Shown piece after piece: positions 32,916 to 40,629 of a DNA stretch of 43,280 nucleotides (positions are counted from its first letter, which is position 1; every line of letters begins with the position of its first letter). The DNA is taken from positions 1-43,280 of IMG/VR virus record IMGVR_UViG_3300022204_000001; one strand, written 5' to 3'. A model generated the notes under the pieces. That model was not told the DNA's origin and did not search any database. It was given only the letters and a program-made list of their open reading frames with translations. This stretch comes from a virus. A program made the translations under genes and the position numbers.

Positions 32916-34253
32916 ATGACGTTAGGTTTCCACAGAAGAGAGCACCAGAAGTTGAGAGAAGGGGTTAACTTCACCCTTAATAATAATGCATTTTCAATAG
33001 GAGCAGGAGGCAACTTCTCCACCTTAGAAGATGCTGTAGCCGTAGCAGGTGATCGCCTTACTTTAGTTAACACATTCTCAGCAAATATAGCTATATTTGC
33101 TGCTTCTACTACTATTGTAGGTACTGGAACTACTTGGCGAACTAACAAACAACTACGTGTAGGTGATCTACTGCAGATAGCTGGGGATACAACTAAGTTC
33201 CATAAAGTATTAGAAGTAGCTACTGATACGAGCATAACATTAGGCGGGGGTTTTGATGGAACTCAAATATTTCCTTCTGCTGTTACTCAGATAGAAGTAT
33301 TTAGAATAGATTGGGCTAGCCTAATTTTATTGCCCGGCCAACATGTATCCCCTGATACTGGTATATCTTTGACTCCCGGTTTAGCTATCTGTGGCCTAGA
33401 GAAATACTCAACTATTCTTAGTGAGATTGATAGTGCTCCCCCTGCACCTTTCATTAACTTTGGGGAGAATATTCTATCCAACTTTACTCTTGGGCCTACT
33501 GACGCTTGGTCAGATTTGGATGGAATACAAAGTTCCCCTAGTACCTCCTTATGGGGAGGTGCCGTATCTATAATGGATAACATGTTTATCAGATGTAAGG
33601 ATACTGGCGGCGACCACGGTAACGGTGCCGGAGGTTTACATGTACCCTCTGGAGGTCGTAGCATAGTTAATAACTGTGAGATTGAATTTGAACTGCTGTT
33701 ACAAGTCAATCATGGTGGACGAGTTACGCCTACCGTGAACAATACCAAGATTGAAATGAGAAATACTACTCTAAGACAGGTTAAATCTTGGTGGAGTTAC
33801 GGGGGAGCAGTATTGCCTCTACCGCCTACAGCTCTACGTGCTGATAAAGCTATAACTTATAATCTTGACGACTGTACTATATTGATTGATCACAATGCTG
33901 ATATGTCGTCTACATTTGACGATCCTACGGGGATTCATGCTGTAGGAGCAGGTATTATAAATCTCAACAGGTCTAGGATACGTGCTAATAATGGACAAAC
34001 TATCTCTGGTATAAACTGTCCCGCTAGTTCTACAGCTACGGTCAATGTTACTAATAGCGATATAGAAGTACTAGCAGGTTCAGGTACCGGAAAAGGTATA
34101 CTTACTGAAGATGCTGGAGCCACTGTGAATGTTCGCGGTAGTCGTGTGAAAGGTAATACCAATTCCTTACACGCAGTCGCTGGAACTATTAACTATGATA
34201 CTGCAAGTACTCTACTCGGCACCAATACTGGCGGTACTGCCTTAAACACTTAA
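32916..34253 (+). CDS. Tailspike / beta-helix (pectate-lyase-like) protein candidate
   Basis: 445 aa, Gly/Asn/Thr-rich, with periodic short beta-strand-like repeats (NVTNSDIEV, VNVRGSRVKG). Confidence 0.45.
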   Translation: MTLGFHRREHQKLREGVNFTLNNNAFSIGAGGNFSTLEDAVAVAGDRLTLVNTFSANIAIFAASTTIVGTGTTWRTNKQLRVGDLLQIAGDTTKFHKVLEVATDTSITLGGGFDGTQIFPSAVTQIEVFRIDWASLILLPGQHVSPDTGISLTPGLAICGLEKYSTILSEIDSAPPAPFINFGENILSNFTLGPTDAWSDLDGIQSSPSTSLWGGAVSIMDNMFIRCKDTGGDHGNGAGGLHVPSGGRSIVNNCEIEFELLLQVNHGGRVTPTVNNTKIEMRNTTLRQVKSWWSYGGAVLPLPPTALRADKAITYNLDDCTILIDHNADMSSTFDDPTGIHAVGAGIINLNRSRIRANNGQTISGINCPASSTATVNVTNSDIEVLAGSGTGKGILTEDAGATVNVRGSRVKGNTNSLHAVAGTINYDTASTLLGTNTGGTALNT

Positions 34254-34276
34254 ACACTTAAACATACGAGACTTCT

Positions 34277-34750
34277 ATGTCATTCAATCTTATTCAGTTC
34301 CGTGAGGAGCTAGTAGTACCGACCCTGCATTCTATATCTAAGTACTCTCCTGCAGCTGTTAACCTTTTACTAGGTACTATGGCACAGGAGTCTGCTTTCG
34401 GTAAATACATTAAGCAGAGAGGCAAAGGCCCTGCACTAGGTGTATATCAGATGGAGCCTGCAACTCATAATGATATACGGGATAATTACATAGCACATAG
34501 ACGTGATCTTAAACAGCTATTTCTTGAGCTAGGTTATACTGAATTTACTCCTGATAAACTGCTCTATGATTTACGCTATGCGACTATCTTTACTCGGCTA
34601 CATTATGCAAGAGTACCGGCTCCATTACCTGCTAGAGGAGATATAGCAGGGATGGCTGATTACTGGAAACAGTATTATAACACTCCATTAGGTAAGGGAA
34701 CTACTGAGGAATTTATTAATAACTATAACAAATATGTAGGAACTATCTGA
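34277..34750 (+). CDS. Endolysin, lytic-transglycosylase/lysozyme-like
   Basis: GTMAQESAFG (catalytic Glu context) and GPALGVYQME. Adjacent to membrane proteins. Confidence 0.6.
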   Translation: MSFNLIQFREELVVPTLHSISKYSPAAVNLLLGTMAQESAFGKYIKQRGKGPALGVYQMEPATHNDIRDNYIAHRRDLKQLFLELGYTEFTPDKLLYDLRYATIFTRLHYARVPAPLPARGDIAGMADYWKQYYNTPLGKGTTEEFINNYNKYVGTI

Positions 34751-34751
34751 T

Positions 34752-35090
34752 ATGGCGCATGTACCTGAACCTGAGCACGTTAATATTCTAATCTCATCAG
34801 GGCACTGGATAGCCAAGAATCTTGATGCGATAATTACTGGAGTAGTCGTAGTGTTGTTAGCAGTCCTTAAACTCCTAGGTAGACGAGATGTGATAGAAAC
34901 TACTGAAGCTGTATTGAAAGAACGTCCTGTATCTCATGCGGAATTGCTTAAGTGTCAGATGAAAGTTAATACTACTATCAATAATAACTTTGAAAAACTA
35001 CGTCATGAGCTTATGGAAGAAGTAAGTAAGTTACATGAAAAGTTTAATACTCATATTAGGACTAATGCAAGGAAGTCCACCGGAGAATAG
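34752..35090 (+). CDS. Single-pass membrane protein (holin/antiholin-like)
   Basis: TM segment AIITGVVVVLLAVLKLLG followed by a charged helical tail. Confidence 0.5.
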   Translation: MAHVPEPEHVNILISSGHWIAKNLDAIITGVVVVLLAVLKLLGRRDVIETTEAVLKERPVSHAELLKCQMKVNTTINNNFEKLRHELMEEVSKLHEKFNTHIRTNARKSTGE

Positions 35091-35092
35091 TT

Positions 35093-35636
35093 ATGTTTAG
35101 TCCACTGGTTAAGGCGCTTAAATCTATCTTTAATCTAGACTCTTACTCTAAGGCTCTCGGAGTTATAGATCAGGAGCACCTGAAGATACATGCCGGAGAG
35201 GGGTTTACCGTAGCTGCTAGAGCTATAATAGCTAACGGAGGGGGGTGTCAGATACTTCCTTGCTAGAGTTCCTGCTGGCACTTACCCTCATTTTAGGACT
35301 ATCACAGTTGGCTCTGATGGAGGTCCTACGGACGTAGACTTCTTTGAGGCACCTATTATAACAGCCGAAGGTACTCCAATAATTCCTAAGAATAATAATA
35401 GGAACTCAGTTACATTGGCTCTTACCGAGGTGTTTGATACTCCTACCGTAACTGCTGTAGGAGACCTATTAGAGCCTATACTAATTCCTGGAACTAAGCA
35501 ATCTGGCTCCTTTGGCTCAGAAGGTTCTAATGAGTGGATACTAAAGACTGATGAATATTCTCTCATACGTATAACTAATAATACAGCCAGCGGAGGTAAC
35601 TCCAATTACACTATTAACATGTTTTTCTACGAGTGA
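35093..35636 (+). pseudogene. Gene interrupted by a +1 frame change at a G6 run (35240-35245); about 180 aa if joined
   Basis: The ATG frame stops at 35264-66. The other frame is open from 35232 to 35636 but has no start codon before the TTG at 35415. The two frames overlap only across GGAGGGGGGT. Confidence 0.6.
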
Positions 35637-35650
35637 TTAGGTAATCCGTT

Positions 35651-35887
35651 ATGACTAGTATAATAGAAAGATCCACCTCCCGTAAGTGGAAAATAACTAA
35701 AGCCATCTTCATTGTAGCTAACCTACTCGGTCTATTCATCCTGCTAGTTTCCTACAAGTTAGGCGCAGAGTCTTGGAACATAGCTGTTAATCCAGTGCTA
35801 GCCTATCTAGGCACAGTTAACTCTCTAGTAGGTATAGCTTATAATGCAGCTAATGCTTGGAGTAAACAGTATGATAAAGATGCTTGA
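35651..35887 (+). CDS. Holin candidate (two TM segments)
   Basis: AIFIVANLLGLFILLVSY and VNPVLAYLGTVNSLVGIAY. 78 aa. Confidence 0.5.
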   Translation: MTSIIERSTSRKWKITKAIFIVANLLGLFILLVSYKLGAESWNIAVNPVLAYLGTVNSLVGIAYNAANAWSKQYDKDA

Positions 35888-36194
35888 TAGAAATGGTAAT
35901 CTACCTCCCACCATACGTGGCCTGATAATAATAGCAGCTTTCGTACTAGGTAATATAACTGGATGGTTTGGTCATATTAACTACGCTCTTCGTGGGGAAG
36001 CTGCTCAGATAGTTGAAGACATGGAAGTCGGAGATGCGATCAATAAGGAAGCAGATACTAAGTTCTCTCAGCTTAGAAACAATATTGAGGAAGCTAAGAA
36101 TGACCCCAAACTTACACAGAAAGATTGTCTTGATACTTCTTCTCCTGACTATGTTAGGAGCTTGCGCAAACGTCTCAGAGAAGAGGAGTTCTAA
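35871..36194 (+). CDS. i-spanin candidate
   Basis: N-terminal TM GLIIIAAFVLGNITGWF followed by a charged periplasmic part. The start could be 35844, 35871 or 35880. Confidence 0.5.
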   Translation: MIKMLDRNGNLPPTIRGLIIIAAFVLGNITGWFGHINYALRGEAAQIVEDMEVGDAINKEADTKFSQLRNNIEEAKNDPKLTQKDCLDTSSPDYVRSLRKRLREEEF

Positions 36195-36336
36195 TATCAC
36201 TGAAGATGTAGGATTCATCTATGCTCCAGTAGATACTTCCTGTGGAGAGTTGTGGATAATTCATGAGAAGAATAAGATAACAACAGATGCTGCTAACAAA
36301 AGATTCCAGCAGATACGTAGTGGAGCTAGATGGTAA
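36100..36336 (+). CDS. o-spanin candidate (lipoprotein), overlapping the i-spanin gene in the +1 frame
   Basis: GAGGA SD plus ATG at 36100. Lipobox LLLLTMLGAC. Confidence 0.55.
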   Translation: MTPNLHRKIVLILLLLTMLGACANVSEKRSSNITEDVGFIYAPVDTSCGELWIIHEKNKITTDAANKRFQQIRSGARW

Positions 36337-37835
36337 TGGCACAATTTGATCACAGAGTAGATCTCACTGACACTTCTTTTCCTCTTCTAACTCAGGAGAT
36401 GGGAAGAAGTGTTCTTGTATCCTCCTTTAGAGATGCACCGACTGGAGAGAAGGCTGATACTCCACAGATATACTACTGCCATAATATTATGCCTACTGAC
36501 TCTGGAATAGTTTCTGTTGGTTATGAAGAGATAATTCCAGCTCCTATTGGTGGGGATGCTAACACTACCTTTGATGATACTCGTATTATCTTCGGTGATG
36601 CAGGTAACCGAGTACATCTGGCTATCACTACTGACGGTAACTTCTATGCACTGGAAGAAGGAGATACTGTTTGGAGAAAACTTACAGCTCCAGTAGGTGC
36701 AGCTGGTAAACTTGTAACTCTTGGCACTGTCAATGGAATTAGTTACATATACATTCAGGGAGTGGGTGGATATAACTACGATGAAGTTACTCATGACTTC
36801 ACTGCTGCCCTAGTATTTGCTGGGTTAGCAGCTGGAGTTATAGGTATGACTGCCTCCTATGGCTATCTTATAGCATATACAGAGTTTGCTATAGCTTGGT
36901 CGTCTACAATAGACCCGTTAGATTTCGTACCTTCCACAGTCACAGGAGCTGGCGGCGGTAAAGTAGCAGAACTGGAAGGGCATATAACATTCTCTGTACC
37001 TAATGAGTTAGGAGTTCTGGTCTACACCTCTGCCAATGTAGTTGCTGCCACTTATACAGGTAACAAGCAGTACCCATTCAAGTTTAAATCTGTAGGTAAC
37101 TCTAAAGGGGCCTTAGGTTTAGATCAGGTAGCCTATGAAGCTAATGCTGCTGATCATTATGCTTACACTAAAGGTGGATTGCAGACAGTTAACTCTCGTA
37201 CTGCTAATAGCATACTGCCAGAGACTACTGATTTCCTAGCAGGTAAGCAGTTTGAGGACTTTGATGAATCTACTTTCATCTTCACGCTGACTAATCTTCC
37301 CACTACAATGAAGAAGAAAGTTAAGCTGATAGCCTCACGATATCTTATTATCTCCTATGGCATAACTACCTTCACTCATGCACTAGTATATGATGTAGCC
37401 TTAGAGAAGCTAGGTAAGCTCAAGATTTCTCACGTGGATTGTTTCGAGTATCTAGGGGCACAGACTGAGATAAGTAAGGAGTCTATTGCATTCCTTCTCA
37501 ATGACGGTACCATTAAATATCTTAGATTCTCCGTTCCATCAACTGGTAGAGCTGGAGTACTCCTATTAGGTAAGTATCAGTACAAGAGAGGCAGGCATCT
37601 TATTCTTCACCGTGTTGTTATAGAGAATGTCGCAGCCTCCGATACATTCACTGTCAAGGATCTAGTATCTCTTGACGGTAAAAATGCTCTGGTCAATGCT
37701 ATGGTTGAAACTGTAGGTACTGGATACAGAGATTATGCCGGAAGACTCTCTGGTGTCAATCACTCTATACTTATCATTGGACAGTTCAATCTCTCTTCTA
37801 TGGAACTAACATTCTCATTAGGCGGGAGTAGATAA
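36330..37835 (+). CDS. Tail structural protein (501 aa)
   Basis: Position and size only. Confidence 0.45.
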   Translation: MVMAQFDHRVDLTDTSFPLLTQEMGRSVLVSSFRDAPTGEKADTPQIYYCHNIMPTDSGIVSVGYEEIIPAPIGGDANTTFDDTRIIFGDAGNRVHLAITTDGNFYALEEGDTVWRKLTAPVGAAGKLVTLGTVNGISYIYIQGVGGYNYDEVTHDFTAALVFAGLAAGVIGMTASYGYLIAYTEFAIAWSSTIDPLDFVPSTVTGAGGGKVAELEGHITFSVPNELGVLVYTSANVVAATYTGNKQYPFKFKSVGNSKGALGLDQVAYEANAADHYAYTKGGLQTVNSRTANSILPETTDFLAGKQFEDFDESTFIFTLTNLPTTMKKKVKLIASRYLIISYGITTFTHALVYDVALEKLGKLKISHVDCFEYLGAQTEISKESIAFLLNDGTIKYLRFSVPSTGRAGVLLLGKYQYKRGRHLILHRVVIENVAASDTFTVKDLVSLDGKNALVNAMVETVGTGYRDYAGRLSGVNHSILIIGQFNLSSMELTFSLGGSR

Positions 37836-38362
37836 TGGCCGAAACATTAGATAGCCAGATTGACTTAGTACTAGGTAACGTACCTATAGTACCTGAGGAG
37901 TTCGATGCAGCAGTAGTGTATGAAGCTCTCTTGAAAGTACACCAAGCCATAGAGATTCTTGTCGATTCCTATGATACTGCGGGAGGTACTTATGTTACTA
38001 TAGGTAATGCACAGACTATTTCTGGAGTTAAGACTTTCTCAGGAGGTATAACTCTATCAGACGCTGTTCATCTAGTTCTTGGTACTGCCACTGGAAGTAT
38101 CATAGCTGCTACTACCGCACAGAAGTTAGGCTTTTGGGGTAAGACTCCTATAGTACAACCTGCTGCTGCATTACAGGCTGCTCTCGTTAATAGCACAGGA
38201 GGTGGTCAGGACGGTACATTACAGAATGTGACTGGAGCTGGCTCCCTTGCTGCTGCTGCTAGTGGCGCTGCATGTAACAATAATTTTACAGATATATACG
38301 CGCTACTAACTGAGATACGTACGGCGCTAGTTAACGCAGGCCTTATGAAAGGCTCGGCTTAG
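37835..38362 (+). CDS. Fibre-like structural protein (175 aa)
   Basis: Motif GNAQTISGVKTFSGGITL. Ala/Gly-rich. Confidence 0.45.
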   Translation: MAETLDSQIDLVLGNVPIVPEEFDAAVVYEALLKVHQAIEILVDSYDTAGGTYVTIGNAQTISGVKTFSGGITLSDAVHLVLGTATGSIIAATTAQKLGFWGKTPIVQPAAALQAALVNSTGGGQDGTLQNVTGAGSLAAAASGAACNNNFTDIYALLTEIRTALVNAGLMKGSA

Positions 38363-38411
38363 TTCTAGATAGTTTTAGATAATACATACTACTTATTGTG
38401 AGGATAATATC

Positions 38412-38762
38412 ATGGGATTTTCATTAGGATTTGGCTCTAAGAAAAGTAAATCTTCTTCAGAAGAAACAAGAGATCTTGCACAGACAGGTACATCACAGCT
38501 TAAGATTGACAAGGAGGGTATAATGGCCTTCATTGACGAGGCACTAAGTGGTGCTGGTGGTCTAGCTGAGATCTTTGGTAAAGAAGGAGCCGCTGGTATC
38601 TACTCCTCCTCGGTAGCTAAGCAGGAGGCAGGTGATCTACTAGGTCAGATTGCTGGTGAGTTAGCTAAACTTACAGGTGTTACAGAAACTACAGGTACTG
38701 AGACTGGTACTGTTAAAACTAAAGGTAGCTCTAAGTCTAAGTCTCTAAGTCTTGGCTTCTAA
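38412..38762 (+). CDS. Small Gly/Ser/Lys-rich virion protein (116 aa)
   Basis: ATG start. Similar terminal motifs at both ends. Confidence 0.55.
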   Translation: MGFSLGFGSKKSKSSSEETRDLAQTGTSQLKIDKEGIMAFIDEALSGAGGLAEIFGKEGAAGIYSSSVAKQEAGDLLGQIAGELAKLTGVTETTGTETGTVKTKGSSKSKSLSLGF

Positions 38763-38789
38763 GTTCAGTAATCTCATAGGATACTCATA

Positions 38790-40628
38790 ATGGCAAATGT
38801 AGACTTCTCTCCTGGAAAGGCTAATCCAGTGCTGTTACAGGCAGCTAGAAATAAGCCTGCTTCTACTGCACCTGCTCCAGTTACAGCTTCTCCAATGGAA
38901 GGAGAGACTGTCTCTGCTAGCAGTTCTACGCGCAGTAAGGTAACAACTATAACTCCCATTGATTCACCTAAAGCAGTTACTTTTAATTCTGCTATGGATG
39001 CTATTACTGCTGGTACTGCTGAGTTTACTCAGTTATCTCAGAAGGCTATAGAGTCAACTAGGGCTACTGGTGATATAGCTAAGGATACTGCTGGTATAGT
39101 AGACTCCGCAGCTAAGGATAAACAACTCATAGAGTCAGTTAAGAGCACTGCTCTATTAGATGCTCAGGTTCGTAGCAAGGAAGTATTTAATGCTATGGGC
39201 GGAGCTGACAGATTAGTTGAGCTGGCTACTGGCAGAAAGGCCGCTGTTGATAATATGCTAGCTAAACAGCAGGAAGTTAAAGATCTCATTGACATAAGTT
39301 TCTTGGAGACTCCTCTTGATTGGATAGCCAGTAGATTCATGCTCGAAGGTACTCAGGAAGAAGAGAAAGCTGCAATGGATAGAGTGGCTTTATATGATAC
39401 TGCTATCAGTAACATTACAGGACTCGCATCTAATGTGGATCGGGCGCTAGAGAATGTAGCAGTTACTACTTCTGTAGGTACTATTGCTGCACAAAAGGCT
39501 CTTATAGCTAAACAAACTGCTGTAGATGCAGCTGCTTATAGACTGAAGGCAGAGCAATCTAATGCCGAAGAAGTCAACCTACTTATGAATGCCTCCAAGG
39601 CACAGGTAGCTGCTGCTGTTGACTCTTATAAGTTAGGTCTTATGGCACGCTCTGAGGAACGAGCTCAAGCTGACAGAGATATGAGATCTAAGGCATTAGA
39701 AGAAGATGATGATGATGAGTTCCGTTCTACCTACGTAGCAGGAGTTGTAGCTGGTAGGAAGAGAACTGGCGTGCCTGTGTATGAAGGTACAGATCCTACG
39801 CTAGTTAAGAAACAACGTAATGAGATACTTGCTGAGCAGAAACTAGGCGGTGATCTTAGAGAGCGTGCTAATAAGCAGTTTGAAGTAGGTATAGGTAAGG
39901 TCGCTCCTACTCCTTATCAAACTATTGAAGCCTACTCACTGTCAGATCCTACTCGTTTCACTGATGGATCTAATCCGGCGTTGGAAGCTCTAGCTAACAC
40001 TGTCAGTGTAGTACAAACTAATGCTGCTCAAACAGGCGTGAAACTCACGAAAGAGAACATACCTAATCTTATTAATGCGCAGGCTGATGTAGCATTTACT
40101 CAGTTTGAGAAAGAGATTAAATCTGGTGATACAGATAATCCTAACCATGCGGTACCTCTTAGTGCTATCATAGGCATGGCAGGAGTTAAGGATGAGCCTT
40201 TTGTTAAGAACATCCTAGTTCCTCTTATTGTAGGTACGGATGTAAAGGATATGGCACCAGAGAAAGTATTTGAAACTGCTTTAGCCGCTATTAAGACTAG
40301 AAAGAATCCTGAAGGTACTCTGACTTTTGAGCAGGCTATCGAAGGTGTTAGATCTATCTATGCAGCAGCGATAGCTTATAATAACATCTCTCAGGATAGA
40401 GCCGGTAATGGCTTGCCTATTCAGAAAGCATATAACGCTAAACTAAAAGGTAGAGTAGAACCTACAGGTAAGCTACTAGGCTTCTTGCCAGCAGGGCTTG
40501 GATTCAAGAAAACTGTTGATATGTCAGATCCTGTAGCGTTAAGAGCTGCTGCCGTACGTGCTCTAAGTCCTGTCAATAGTATGCAGGATATTGGACTAAC
40601 TAATATGAATAGAAGGCAGGAGAGATAG
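38790..40628 (+). CDS. Internal virion protein candidate (612 aa, Ala-rich helical)
   Basis: Position before the giant ORF. Composition. Confidence 0.5.
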   Translation: MANVDFSPGKANPVLLQAARNKPASTAPAPVTASPMEGETVSASSSTRSKVTTITPIDSPKAVTFNSAMDAITAGTAEFTQLSQKAIESTRATGDIAKDTAGIVDSAAKDKQLIESVKSTALLDAQVRSKEVFNAMGGADRLVELATGRKAAVDNMLAKQQEVKDLIDISFLETPLDWIASRFMLEGTQEEEKAAMDRVALYDTAISNITGLASNVDRALENVAVTTSVGTIAAQKALIAKQTAVDAAAYRLKAEQSNAEEVNLLMNASKAQVAAAVDSYKLGLMARSEERAQADRDMRSKALEEDDDDEFRSTYVAGVVAGRKRTGVPVYEGTDPTLVKKQRNEILAEQKLGGDLRERANKQFEVGIGKVAPTPYQTIEAYSLSDPTRFTDGSNPALEALANTVSVVQTNAAQTGVKLTKENIPNLINAQADVAFTQFEKEIKSGDTDNPNHAVPLSAIIGMAGVKDEPFVKNILVPLIVGTDVKDMAPEKVFETALAAIKTRKNPEGTLTFEQAIEGVRSIYAAAIAYNNISQDRAGNGLPIQKAYNAKLKGRVEPTGKLLGFLPAGLGFKKTVDMSDPVALRAAAVRALSPVNSMQDIGLTNMNRRQER

Positions 40629-40629
40629 A

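Noticed and set aside
32897-34162. Three minus-strand ORFs (112, 140 and 75 aa) antisense to the tailspike gene
   Set aside because: They are antisense to a long, well-supported plus-strand ORF, with no start context.
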